DNA of 56,107 bases, the filler included, from Porpidia crustulata (Eukaryota), in NCBI GenBank assembly GCA_964255105.1. It is 6 parts of 6 records of this genome, joined end to end, with 100 filler letters (N's around TTAATTAATTAA, not from the genome) between each part and the next. Parts side by side here need not be neighbours in the genome. Positions count along the whole stretch, not along the records: positions 1 to 9,275 come from CAXUWE010000964.1; positions 9,376 to 18,647 come from CAXUWE010000965.1; 4 more parts are not named here. The stretch is one strand, 5' to 3'. A program made the translations under genes and the position numbers. The notes below the pieces were generated by a model that was given only the letters and a program-made list of their open reading frames with translations, was not told where the DNA came from and made no database searches. Position 1 is the first letter of the stretch. Every line of letters begins with the position of its first letter. This document shows positions 1 through 12,575 of the stretch, piece by piece.

Positions 1-700
1 GAGTCGGATTGGGGGTCTCGCAGGGTTTCCCATTTTGTGCTTTCGGCGTCTTTGATTTCGTCTTCGGTGCGGTGGCGGATGAAGACGGGTTTACCGCGCC
101 ATTTGATGATGACCTGGATAACGCGTGAGTTCGTATACCCTATTTCATGAGAGATTCGGAAGGGCGGAAGATGGGAAATGAGGTCACGTACGTTTTTGCC
201 CAGGGGGATGGCGGCCAGGTCGACTTCGACTTTGGCTTGGGCGAGGACGTCCGCCGAGGCGGCCATGTTGACGAGGAAATCTGATCGAAAAAAGGGATCA
301 GCCGTTGCCAGTTCCCTTCCAAATAGATTTTCTAGTAGAAAAGGCGACTCAATGGCCTGCAGCAAAACCACTCACCCTGCACCGTCGCCTTCGCCCCCGC
401 CGCCGCCAATAATCCCATTGATCCCACCATGAAATACTGAAATGTCCGATTACTCGTCTCCCCCTTCTTACTCATGTATTTCGTAAAGCTCGGGATCTTG
501 GTTGTCGGCGCGGCCCCTCCGTCCGCAAACGGGCTGACGTGCGAGGTGGACGTTTGGTCGTATTCTCCCGATGTTCGTTGGATTACGTCGGCTTTGGTCC
601 GCCGTTGCTGCGTCGAGAGGGTTGTGATTGGAAGAGCGGACAATCGCTGCCGCGGGCAGAGGCGGAGCATTGTGCTAGCGGTGGAGGTAAAGGGCTTCAT
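1..700 (-). CDS. RIP1: Rieske iron-sulfur subunit of cytochrome bc1 (mitochondrial precursor), 3' end truncated at the window/contig edge
   Basis: ATG at 700; exons 700-376, 280-192, 113-<1 with GTGAGT/CAG and GTACGT/CAG introns. Spliced protein ...[68 protein letters not shown]... is the classic Rieske TM/hinge/WRGKP signature, preceded by an Arg/Ser/Thr-rich presequence. Confidence 0.96.
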
Positions 701-1075
701 GTTGGTGGTCTGAATGGCTGCGCGCATCGACGGAAAAAAGGTGGTGACGAGGGTGAGGTTGATGGAGGAGCTAGTGATTCCAGCTAGCGTAATATTACGT
801 TGTTTGAATATGATCTAGTATCTTGGTCCAGGGAATTCAAGTCCAGACGATTGCTCTGGTGTGCACCTCAAAGTACATTTGAGTGGGATTTCAATTATGA
901 TAGTTCAAATCAATGCTTTAATGGCTCTTGCTGTCACTTCCGCCGTGAAGCAAGATCTATCAAAACATCGATTGTCATAAGGTACTCGACGCTCAATATG
1001 CCGATATGCCACTGGTTTCGCATGATTTTTCATATCTCTAACGTGATGGGGTATCATAAGCAAATTAATGTAACA

Positions 1076-1841
1076 TCATCCCATATCGACATCGCCGGAT
1101 TCATTTCTCCTAGCAGAATCATTCGGCGGTTCGTAATGCTCAAACACAAGCTGGCCGTTGGTGGTAGGTGACTGAAATTCAGCTTCCTCCGCATCTTGCT
1201 CTTCAATCGTCTCATCCGGCGAAAAGTTCCTTTCGTCCACGCCCTCCTGACTAGCAACAATAGGCCCTACTGGACGCGTAGGCAGCGAATGTCTGACATC
1301 TAGGGTTGTCTGGCCGTTCGGCAAAGGCACGTTACTTCGTACTGTCTTTGCCTTCTTCTCCTTGTATTCTTTGTAGGTTGTGGTCCGAGGGATGACATCT
1401 GAGAGGAATTCAAGATTATCAATACGGGCAACGGCATTTGCTATAGAAATCTCTATTAGCAGCGTCTAAATTCCGTTAATTCGACCGTACCTAAGTCCTT
1501 GTACTGAATATTTCTTCGAGGTTTTCGTTCTGATTTGACAACGTTCAATGCTTGCTCAGCGAGATACCGTATAAACATTTCCTGTCTCTGATTAGACGGT
1601 GGCCTCTCAACTGCCATACATGAATAATCAAAATACCGTTGCAACAGTGATCACAAAAGCCGCATTATTCGAGCATTGACTGATCTCCTCATCTAAGTGA
1701 AGTATTCGCTTTACTCGAGCCACTGTGATATGGGTGATCAGCCAGTCACACCCTTCATTGACCATAGGAGTCCTTACGTGGTAACGATGCTGAGCCCGTG
1801 ATCTCCTCGGGAGGTGGGATGGCGGCGTTATTGTAAGGCAT
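1076..1841 (-). CDS. DPB3: H2A-like histone-fold protein, CBF/NF-Y family (Dpb3/Dls1/POLE4-like)
   Basis: Four exons reconstructed: MPYNNAAIPPPEEITGSASLP|LARVKRILHLDEEISQCSNNAAFVITVAT|EMFIRYLAEQALNVVKSERKPRRNIQYKDL|ANAVARIDNLEFLSDVIP...GDVDMG*. LPLARVKRI and EFLSDVIP are NF-YC/Dpb3 hallmarks. The exact paralog is uncertain. Confidence 0.85.
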
Positions 1842-2321
1842 TCTTGTAATCAACCGCACCTCCTGGGCCGTGGATACGTCTGATGTGCCAATCTGAACCT
1901 TGAATGTAGTGAACAGCCCAAATGGAACAATCTGCTCTGTCACGGCTGAAGTAAAAGCCGGTTTATTGCCGTCGAATCGCGTGAATGCTGGCCTACGTTC
2001 AGCGTGCGCTTTGAAACCCGTTCCTGATGAAGGGTAAGTGGTATCCGTTTGTGTCATGAGTGCAATCTCGAGAGCTGGGATATAATTGAAACATACATCA
2101 GACTGTGGATAGGCTGGGCTGCCGGAAAATGGTACTTCTCTTATGGTGAATAATCCTGAGGCAGTAATAATAGCGTTCGCAATTCCCATATCTCAAAACC
2201 GTGTAATTTATTACGTCAGGCGGCACCTTTGACTTCCGCAACGAAGCATGTGGATTGGTAAGGCTGACATCCGAACCTAGAAAATGCCTCCAACCTATCC
2301 ACACTGCCATGACCCGATGTT

Positions 2322-5185
2322 ATGACCTCTCGTGCATCCTCCACCTCCGTGCAGCCTCCGCGACGACCCTCTCTAGCAGACCGAGCAATATCGCGACGGC
2401 TTTCGGCAATCTCAAGCGCTGAGTCGGGGCGGAATGGAGCTGCGGCAGGAAGCACGGAGCACGAACTCACAGAAGAGATTGAGGAGATCAAGCGCTATGA
2501 AGACTTTACTACGATAGACTGGGTGCAAGATTCTGCGCGGGAACAGATCAGGAGAAGAGCAAGGCGGCAAGAGAACGCTGGCTTCTTTGAACGGGACGGT
2601 CGATTGGGGTGGAGGAGGAAGTTGCAGGAGTCTTACGACGCCGGGCAGGCATGGATTGTTGTGACTCTCGTTGGCGCAGCCATTGGCTTGAACGCAGCTT
2701 TCCTCAACATCGTTACGGAATGGCTATCCGATGTCAAGCTCGGCTACTGCACGACAGCTTTCTATCTAAACGAGAACTTCTGCTGCTGGGGAGCCGAAAA
2801 TGGTAGGGTAGATCCACCGAAGATGGTTCTAGTCACTGATGATAATAGGCTGCAAGGAGTGGCATAGGTGGAGCTCGCTATGGCCTATCAATTACCTACT
2901 TTACCTCCTTTTTTCGGTTTGGCGAACGCTCTTAACAAACCGAAATACCGCTGAACACAATTTAGATACTTTTCGCTCTTACTTCCGCCAGCCTCGTCAA
3001 GTCCTTCGCTCCCTACGCTGCTGGATCAGGAATATCAGAGATCAAGTGCATTATCGCGGGATTTGTCATGAAAGGTTTCTTAGGCTTTTGGACTTTACTT
3101 ATAAAATCCATTTCTCTCCCTCTTGCCATCGCATCAGGCCTTTCAGTCGGAAAGGAGGGCCCCAGCGTTCATTACGCAGTGTGTACGGGGAATGTCATCT
3201 CGAAATTCTTTGGCAAATATAAACGCAACGCGGCCAAGACTCGAGAGATTCTCAGCGCATGTGCTGCAGCTGGCGTCGCGGTGGCATTTGGGAGTCCTAT
3301 CGGTGGTGTTTTGTTTTCCCTGGAAGTCAGTGGCCTACCTATCAAGTTTTCTATGGGCAAAGCTTATGAGCTTAGGAAATGTCTTCGTACTTCCCTTTGA
3401 AGACCATGTGGCGGAGCTACTTCTGCGCGTTAGTGGCCACGGCGGTGTTAGCGGTAAATTTTGCTTGATCATGCCCACCTGGAGATTTTGCTGACGATAG
3501 AAACAGGCGATGAATCCTTTCCGGACTGGACAGCTCGTTATGTTTGAGGTGAGATATGATAGATCGTGGCATTTCTTTGAGATGATTTTCTTCATCTTTA
3601 TCGGCGTTTTCGGAGGCCTCTACGGAGCCTTCGTAATGAAATGGAATCTACGAGCTCAGGCGTTCCGGAAAAAATACCTTTCAAAGTACGCAATTCTAGA
3701 GGCTACACTTCTTGCGGCAGCGACTGCCATATTATGTTATCCCAATATGTTCTTGAGGATCGACATGACGGAGAGCATGGAGATTTTATTTCGTGAGTGT
3801 GAGGGAGGTCACGACTACGATGGTCTTTGCGAGTAAGTACAGCTTCTTTTAGAATGCATGGCAATGCTGAACAACGTAAGATCCAGGAATCGCTGGACCA
3901 TGGCTTTATCATTAGCATTTGCGACAATAATGAGGACATTCCTTGTCATCATCTCGTATGGTTGCAAGGTGCCAGCGGGCATCTTCGTGCCATCCATGGC
4001 GATCGGCGCATCCTTCGGAAGGATGATCGGGATTCTAGTGCAAGCTCTTCACGAATCCTTCCCCCATTCACAATTCTTTGCAGCCTGCGAACCCGATGTG
4101 CCATGTATAACGCCGGGCACATATGCTTTTCTGGGCGCCGGGGCAGCCCTTAGCGGGATCATGCATATTACCGTGTCCGTTGTGGTGATCATGTTCGAGT
4201 TGACGGGGGCTTTGTCGTACATCTTACCCACAATGGTATGCATAGGAAAGAATGTAGTAATCTTCAAATGGCTGACGCCGTTTGACAGATTGTTGTTGGT
4301 ATTACCAAAGCGGTCGGTGATCGGTTCGGTAAAGGTGGTATAGCAGATCGAATGATCTGGTTCAACGGATTCCCGTTTTTAGATAATAAGGAAGAGCACA
4401 CTTTCGGCGTTCCGGTATCGCAAGTCATGACAAGCGAAGTCACATCGCTCCCGTCTTCTGGTTTAACGCTTCGAGCACTGGAGACAATCATGAATACAAG
4501 CAAGTATCAAGGTTTTCCAGTGGTTGAAGACATTAGCTCCAAAGTCCTCCTTGGTTACATTGGACGCACAGAGCTCCTATATGCTATCAACCGAGCCAAG
4601 AAGGAGGGTCACATATCTCCAATGGCCAAGTGCTTTTTTGCGCAACCATCGTCGATTGCGATACAGACACCTTCGGCCGCTGCGCCGCCGGTGACATTCG
4701 ATGCTATCGAGTCAGCCTCTGGCCAACAGAGAGTTGACTTTAGCCGCTTCATTGATCCTACACCTTTGGCTGTTCACCCGCGGCTGGCACTGGAAACAGT
4801 CATGGAGTTGTTCAAGAAAATGGGGCCACGGGTGATCTTGATCGAGTACCGGGGTCGTGTAGCGGGTCTTGTGACGGTCAAGGACTGTCTCAAATATCAA
4901 TTCCGAGTCGAAGCTCATGAGGGTTCTCGCGAAGAGACGACGGTCGACGAGGGACAAGAGCGACTGTGGCGTGTTATGAATCGGGCAGCGGATTGGCTGG
5001 CGGATCGAATCAACAGCATCTCTGGAGGAAGGGTGAAGCTTGGAGCGGGGCGGGCCCCTAGCTTGATGGCGGCGGAGACGGCAGACCCTAGAGATCACCT
5101 GATTCCTATCCAGCCAGCTTCGTGTTATGGCATCCTGGATGGAACTGAAGACGATGATGCAGGAGTGGAATTGCAGAATCGATGA
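2322..5185 (+). CDS. GEF1: CLC chloride channel / Cl-/H+ antiporter with C-terminal CBS domains (Gef1-like)
   Basis: Multi-exon gene containing the CLC signature motifs [19 protein letters not shown] and GIFVP, N-terminal YEDFTTIDW, and a CBS pair (YQGFPVV...; GLVTVKD) in the last exon. Confidence 0.93.
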
Positions 5186-5783
5186 TGTCGTTCCTAAGTT
5201 GGAATGATTTAGTTAATTCATACTAATTCAATGACCCACTGCGAGTGGGCAGTGCACAAACGTGTACGTCCATTTTTTTTTTGGAATTCGTAAACACTAG
5301 TTCGTGGCGCCAATACTACCACACTTACTTAGCCGGGCCACATTGAGGCGGTGAAGGAGGCCAACATCAAAGGCTGTGGCAGGGTTTGACTAAGGCATAC
5401 ACTACTGCAGGTCGAACAGCTCAGACCTTCAGGGGCGCAGTAAAGATACCTTACTACTGTATGGTTATGCATGAATCCAGAGGATGAAGAACCGTCGTTG
5501 TCCACTTTCCATTAATTGGGACAGCGTGCTCATACGTGGAGACGGGAGGAAGAAAGAGAGTCAAGAAATTGTAAAGAACACTGGTGACTGGATATCATAG
5601 ATGGTCTCCACTATACTGTATATAGCCTAGCGTATCTCGATATAATTCCTTCGGAGAGACGTCCGGGGCTTCTTAAGCATTCACATACTCACTTCGCCCA
5701 TCGAACCAAGGCAATACACGCAAAAACTGCTTTTTCCATCAACAAGACAGTCAAGCAACACATAATCGAAAAACCTCGCCAGT

Positions 5784-6177
5784 ATGCTTCACGACCTTAT
5801 CACAACTATCCTCACGAATGTCAAGGGATTTTTCGCTGGTGAAATAGTCGACAATCGCCTCAATCCTGTTCACCTTGTCAGATACATTACATATTCCCCA
5901 TCGGATTGGCTTCTTCTCGCCTGGCCCACCCCGTCTCCAGGTGCATCAGGCTACATCCTTCATCGTTGTGATGCTCGGATACTGCTTTGCAATCGTCTCG
6001 GGTGGCTTCGTAATCTTCTTGGTCAGATTGTGCGGGGTGCCGAATTCTTTACGGCTAGGTGCACCGATTTTGTCAATGTTAATGGCTTATGCGGTTATTC
6101 TCTGGGTTGCAGAGTGTTGCGACCGTCGCCGCGTACCAGGGTATGAATGGAAGGACTGGAAGCTGCGGAAGGATTGA
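5784..6177 (+). CDS. Small hypothetical membrane protein (~116 aa, two predicted TM segments)
   Basis: ATG 5784; a 43-nt intron 5839-5881 (GTGAAA...TCAG) joins MLHDLITTILTNVKGFFA in frame to DTLHIP...SFIVVMLGYCFAIVSGGFVIFLV...ILSMLMAYAVILWVAECCDRRRVPGYEWKDWKLRKD*. TATA-like sequences at ~5618-5646. The donor and branch site are weak. Confidence 0.55.
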
Positions 6178-7748
6178 TATTGAGGACTGCCAATGATTAC
6201 ACAGTCTGTAGATGACTTGCATCTATCCACTCACACACCATACGAAGACGACACTCAAATTTGACCTTTGCCTTTCAGGGTGTAAGATACTCGCACCTTT
6301 CGATCTTTCCGTCTCAAAGAACCACGAAGAGAGTTGAGAATCAGGGTGCTTGGGGAGCTAGGCACCAGCCTAGTCATGAGTTGAAGCATCACATTCTGCT
6401 CATGTAGGACTCTTAAGCATCCAGGTCCGCATGCATGAGTCTCATTCACTATGGTTGTAAGTCTACTCCGAATATAAAGACAGACAATAGTTGCGAGGCA
6501 TTGACTCCACACCAAACAGGGAGTTGCTGTCCATGACGACACAACTAATCCACATATATCCAATGTGCTGTTATGACATCGTTGGCTCTGTAAAGCTTTC
6601 TGCGTTGTGCTTCCCACATCTTGCATCCATAGCGAGTAGGGTTAGAGGCTGAGCACGGAAGAGCGAGAGGAAGCACAGGTTGAGCATGGAAAGATACACA
6701 GACAAGCGAGAAGCAAAGAAATCCATATCGCAAAACTCGATCTTCATCAATAAAAGTCAGATTTGAAGATTATTTCACAAAGACTTCTCGACGATTCTAC
6801 GTAGTCTAACAGCGTGTCGTTCGACCTAACTTCGTGCGCTCATCGTCATTTAACTTGATGACGTTCAGATGATGTGTTCTATAGATTCAGTAGTAAATTT
6901 GATGAGAACCGAGTTTTGCGATATGGACTGTTCTGCCCCCCAAGAGACAGGGAGCATCAGATAAGGTACTTGAGGGGCGCTAGCGCAGGAGTGAAGTAGA
7001 GAGGCCTTAGTCAGGTAGAGAGGGCGTTTTCATTATTCGGGGGTTTCTTCAACTCCAGACAGCAGATGGCTTTGTGTGGATTCGATCCACAAATGCGGTG
7101 GATGAAACACACGGCATATGGAGAGTCTATTTTCCTCCATGGCCAGTTGGGCGCTTGGAAGTGAAGAGGGTCTAGTAGGGTCTAGTGGAGTCTGGCTGGA
7201 GGCTAGCGAGTCTAGTGCCGCTGAAAAAAGGTTAACCGTCCATTTCTAAACCCATTAAGACGTAGATCGCTAGCCATACATGGTTAAGAGAGATAAGAGA
7301 CCCCACCTTTTTCTCGACGATTGGCCAGTCACAATGAAAGAATCGTGAAGCCTGGCACGCTAAGCTAGCGGTAACAGTGGTCGGTCTTGCAACCATCAGG
7401 GAATTCCAGTTAATTACTTGCTTACTTGCCCCTCCCCCGGCCATTCCCTTCCACTTCATATCTTCTACACAACTACTGCCTCTTCCTCATCATTAACTCT
7501 TCATCCCACCCCGTTTCCATCTAATTCCGTACCAAACTTCAGACCTTTTCGTTCACTCTCTTGGATCGCAATTCAATCAATTCAATCAATTCAACCATCA
7601 AAACAAACCACACTATTCCTACTGTATCATCGACCCAGATTTCCCTTTGTTGTTGTTGCTCGATTCCGCAAGCGACCGACGTCTGCCGAACCAGCTTTCT
7701 TGGAAAGCACAGACCTAATCCTTTCAAACCCGCATCGTCCACACGAAT

Positions 7749-8445
7749 ATGTCAGCGTTCTACTACGGTCCTCAGCACCATCAGCCTTCTTCTGCGTCAT
7801 CGCACTCATCGTCGTCGTCACATAATCACCATGGCGGCCGATCGCGCAGAGCACCTCGCTTATCAGCTTCTCAAAACTCGCATCGCCAATTCCGAGGGGT
7901 CCGTAGCATGAAAGAGCTGACGGAGAGTCCGCCAGCCTCTGCGTTTCGGATTAGCTTCGAGGCCGGAAGGTCCTTTGATCTGGATGATGATCTCGAGTTC
8001 TGTCCTGGCCTGTTGACTGAAGACGATGTAAGTGCTCTGCGCATCCTTCGACCGCTTAGTATCGCCGTTATCATACTATTTGCCGATCGTACAGCACGCT
8101 GACTTCACTCGTTCATAGTTGCAATCTATCCGTTCGTCATCTTCCGACGGTTCTTTATCCAGTGGATCACCTCAATCGTCCCCACTCCAGCAACAGATCC
8201 AGCCATCCCAGCAAGTCATGCCAAGCTTCTCTCTATCGTCCGCTTCGAATAACTCCTACAATCCTGCCACCGGTTTCCAGTCGAATAATAACCATCATCA
8301 AATGAAGATCCATCAGCCTTCTGCGTTACGTAGCCGGAACGCGATCCCCATCGTCAACCCAAGTACGGGAATGCGAGTTCCTAGCCCTCCTTCCTCCATT
8401 TCGCCAGCCCTGATGCAGCAGCAAACGTATGCGCGGCGCTGGTAG
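7749..8445 (+). CDS. Ser/His/Gln-rich hypothetical protein (~200 aa, probably disordered)
   Basis: Two exons, 7749-8027 and 8119-8445, with a canonical intron (GTAAGT...GCTGAC...TAG). Non-low-complexity blocks RQFRGVRSMKEL, FEAGRSFDLDDDLEFCPGLLTEDD and RNAIPIVNPSTG; pyrimidine-rich 5' leader. Confidence 0.8.
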
Positions 8446-8911
8446 CAAAGTCACAGGTGACAACTACGCACAACGCTTTTGACAAGCCATTTACTGCTCT
8501 ATCTTACCTTCACAAGGGCTATGGACACTTCTTCGACTACCTTGGTTTCCCTCACTCTCTCTACTCATTACCCGGCCTCCCTTTCTTGTATACAAACGGA
8601 TACCCCCGTGGATCGACAACGTCGCCGCGATATTGCCCTATCAACAAATACCCTGTTTTGACGTAAGGTGTTCTCGGAACCGATTCTAGATATGATGTGC
8701 AGCGAATGAAATGTGCAAAGCGTTGGTCGGAGCTTTTCTTCTGTAATTTGCTTTTAAGCGTGTGTGACGATCAGGATTGCATGGAAAGGGAGACATAACA
8801 TTACCAAGGGAGTCTGCTGCAATTTGGTGATTCCCAGCATGAACGGTGGTTGGGTAGATTTGGTTGGTTTCGGGATACCATGTCTACGATTTGTCAACAG
8901 GAGTCGACTTA

Positions 8912-8941
8912 GTTTGCACAATGTTTGCACAATGTTTGCAC
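8912..8941. repeat. Short tandem repeat, 11-bp unit GTTTGCACAAT x2.7
   Basis: Read directly: 8912-8922, 8923-8933, partial 8934-8941. Confidence 0.8.
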
Positions 8942-9275
8942 GACTTGGGGATGCACTTTTGCTCATATGACGAGGTCGTTGGCTTATTCATAGGGGTTTG
9001 CTTTCGCACATATGAGGATTCTTACGAGGTCGAAAGAAGGCGCTGTCTTGTTTTGGTGTCTGGGCTTAAGAGCAACTGTATTCTACGAAAGATAAATAGA
9101 TCTACGAAGCTTATTGTTCACTCCGGAACTGAATCATGTCTACCCAGTCGCAATTATTACCGTGGTTTCGATAGGTAATCAGCAACTACCATACTGCTTT
9201 TCGTACCCGTTGCTCCATAGGTAACGTCCGTCCCTGTGTCGCGGAAAACCCACTGTGCCGGAAAATATGAGAGGT

Positions 9276-9375
9276 NNNNNNNNNNNNNNNNNNNNNNNNN
9301 NNNNNNNNNNNNNNNNNNNTTAATTAATTAANNNNNNNNNNNNNNNNNNNNNNNNNNNNNNNNNNNNNNNNNNNN
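9276..9375. other. Artificial contig spacer (N44-TTAATTAATTAA-N44)
   Basis: 100-bp spacer with stops in all six frames, identical at five positions. Confidence 0.98.
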
Positions 9376-10267
9376 AATTTTCTCCGAGGGATTGGAGCGG
9401 CTTTGAGGGTGAAGTTTTGGAGGGTATTTTGAGTTTCGTTGAGGCTTCTGTCTTCGCCTTAAATTTGCCTTATTTTCACTTGCTGCCTGGTATTAAATAC
9501 ACTGGAGTTTCCGCCCCGTTCCAAACTTTCTGCTGCTCAACTTGCTCGATTCTGCCTTGGCGATTTTGTTACATTTCGACATGTGCAGTTGACATGTTCT
9601 ACTGGTCTTGCTACTAGCACCTGGTGTGGCGATGAAGCCGACAACTGTGCCTCGCGGCGTGTTGACACCTTGGATTTCCCTGGCAGTGATGGTTACTGTG
9701 ACGCTTGCCTCAGCCTCGTGACGAGAGGTTCTGAAACTTGAAGGAACTGTGAAACTGGCGATGGATACTGATAACGCTACCTAATGATACAGACGCCAGA
9801 AGGATCATAAAACCTCGCCGCTGATGCATAAGATTGAGAAAGCCAGGGACTACCAGATGCACATGCAATGCAAAAACCATTGCGGCAAGAGTAAAATACA
9901 GAAAACATGCTGTGCTAGATGTGGTGCTAGAATTTTGGGGTATTGCGAAGGAAATCAGCTAAGATCAAATACGATATACCGCTAGGGCTTTGAGAAAAGA
10001 AACTGGATCGATAATGCTGTCGATAGTTTTTAAAGGCGGTAACTGACAGCTATATTAGCAATCCGATTCAACATAACCGGAAGCAGTACGATCTACCTGT
10101 TCGGCCCGTTTTCTTTCCTTCGCCAAATGAAAGCATCGCTCATACAAGAGCACAAGTCGATAGTAGCCATTAAAATCGATGCTTGCAGATTCGAACATTG
10201 ATGCCAAAGTTGAGAAATCCAGAGGATGATGGGCAACGCGTAAGAATCAATACATCGAAATGGCGGT

Positions 10268-10435
10268 TTAGCGACGAGTCGTGATGCGGCCATAGGACGA
10301 ATATGTGTCCTTTTTTTTGTGACAATATATGCAGTATTCGTGAAGGCGTACGGTCATTGGCCCCTTCCCGCAGTTTCCACAATACCATCGGGTATAATCT
10401 GTGTAAACAACAACCGTCGGCGTTGGCGTCGGCAT
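10268..10435 (-). CDS. 55-aa Cys-motif (zinc-ribbon-like) microprotein, array member A
   Basis: ATG 10435 to TAA 10268: MPTPTPTVVVYTDYTRWYCGNCGKGPMTVRLHEYCIYCHKKKDTYSSYGRITTRR*. Upstream TATAAG (~10629-10624) and a C/T-rich leader; shares the motif of the two neighbouring ORFs. Confidence 0.7.
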   Translation of the reverse strand: MPTPTPTVVVYTDYTRWYCGNCGKGPMTVRLHEYCIYCHKKKDTYSSYGRITTRR

Positions 10436-12129
10436 TTCGATGTGTATTGCTCTGATTGTGGATTTGGCGAGACGACGAGGATTGCAAAAATGGACGAGGA
10501 CAGTAGCCTATGAGTGGACGCTTGGTATCGAACTTCTTTGTGAGTGAGGACTGGGATAGTGGATCTTGGATAAGTGAGATGTGATAATTTGAATAAGATG
10601 ATTAGTGAGACATGAACTCCTTCTTATATCTTTGAGTCTCTCTTGACCGCACTCTGACCCTTCAGTAGTTCCCTATTACTTCTTGCTTACCGGAGCTTAT
10701 CGTGGGCATTGCCCCATCGAAGCAACGAATTATCTGTCATATTGCTTTGGCCAAGGAGAGGAAGAGCCATTTAGACTGTTTCCGAGTTTTACTGTTAGCT
10801 TGATGGGAAATTGGGAAGATGGAAATCGTGAAACCCGAGTGGCAGCTCCGCTTTGCTGGCGCAGTGATCCTTCTCAGGTCAGCAAATGCTTGCCTTGAAG
10901 AGTAGGTAGACATGAAGAAGCCTGAGGTATCTGTATGCATTCGTATTATTTGGACGTCCTGAGGGCGTTCTAGTGAAGCTTAGTGCCCATCTACATATTA
11001 TATCGCTTCATAAAACAATTTTTGTAAGTCTGTCGGAGCCTGCCGGTGCTAGATAGAGCGAGGCTTCCGAGGCTGTGTTCATCAGACTTTGGCTCGATAC
11101 AACTTGATATTGTGACTGTAAAGTCAGGTGGCAATAATAGATTGACCGAAAGGATCGCAGCTTCATCAGACGTGGTACAATGTGGAAGAATTAGAGCACA
11201 AGATTTAATCATGCATGCCTTATGCATGCAAAACATACCTGGCTGCGTCGTTACCAAATTCAGTGCGTTAGCCATGTGTCTTTCGGCCGCTTATCGAAGA
11301 TCTTCTTCCAGCTCATTACTTAATTGGATGCAGATTCCCGGTGAATGGTGTATCGCCGCACGGAAGATTCTCTGGCTCGCTGCAAATGCCACATAGCCTT
11401 CCTGTGCGTGCTTATGTGTAGGCAGCTTCGAGCTAATTCCATACTTTGCTCACTGTATATATCCCCTTCAACCGAAGTATTAAGTAAGGCAACTGACTAT
11501 TGTTAGAATGACGCATAAAGACATGGGAGGGCACCCAACGCAGGTTTGACAGCCGCGGCGGGAGTGTTTAAACAGGATCCCTCAACCAAAAATTGACATC
11601 GTGCTGTTACATGAATGTAAGCTGAACTTAGTTAAATTGCATCAACCGTCATTTTAATGAGGTAGCTGTATCTCATGGTTGCCGCACAATTAAGCATGCA
11701 AAGATTGTATTGAACCGAGGAGAAGCGTAGAGCCTGTACTATCGCTACCAGCGAAGTGGAATGCAGAGATCGCCCGAGCATCCGTCTAATCCTTCAAACC
11801 GTTTCGCGTGTGCCAATAATATACAAAGATAGGAGTAGCGAGCCACATCTATGCCTCAAAACTAACGCCAACTTAGGCAACAGTTAACGAAAGTAGGAGT
11901 TGGGTTTTGCATAGGAAACATCGAACGATGGTAGGAAGAACATAAAGAAAGCAAAGACGTCCATCCAAGGCTCAAAAGTAGATACCAGTAGCAACCCAAT
12001 CATGGATAGATGAAGGCACACCATCGAATTGTCCGCGAACACATATAATCCACGACTCTGGATGGACTCCAGTACGCATTGTGGTCGTCCGCAACAAGCT
12101 CTGTCGGGTGATTTCCCAACAGCGATCTT

Positions 12130-12575
12130 CTATCCTTCGATCCGACAAGAGGTGCATCTCTCATGATTGCAATGGCACTTCGGCTCAATTTTAATGGACT
12201 TCGGGCCGTCGTGGCAATGACCTGGCAAATTAGCTTCAATGTCTTACAGTAGGAGGGGAAAGACGTACAGCAGTACCAGACTGCAGATTTTCCGCTAACG
12301 AAACACCTCCCTGGAGATTGACTGACCGCTCGATGTTCGAAGAAATACTCATCATCAGTATCGCTCTCATTTTTGCAGACATTGACGGAATCGAAGGAAT
12401 GATCAGCGTCATGGGTATATGAGGTATTTCCATCGAGTGTTGAAGTAGACTGAAGTGGCTCTCGAGTATTGACCGCTATTGAAATAGTAGCAGTCAAATG
12501 GTCGATAGCAAATATGGACCGAGATACGGATGCCTGCCAGGTCTTATTCCCATCAGGACAGTTTTTGTCTGGCAT
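12130..12575 (-). CDS. ~132-aa protein with C-terminal Cys-rich WYCC..GP module, array member B
   Basis: Exon 12575-12269, 47-nt intron 12268-12222 (GTACGT...GCTAAT...CAG), exon 12221-12130. Splicing gives ...AVWYCCHCHDGPKSIKIEPKCHCNHERCTSCRIEG*. The start codon is tentative. Confidence 0.7.

Noticed and set aside
9320..9331. TTAATTAATTAA palindrome recurring every ~9.37 kb, superficially like a regularly spaced repeat or recombination site
   Set aside because: Always embedded in exactly 44+44 Ns; it is an assembly linker.
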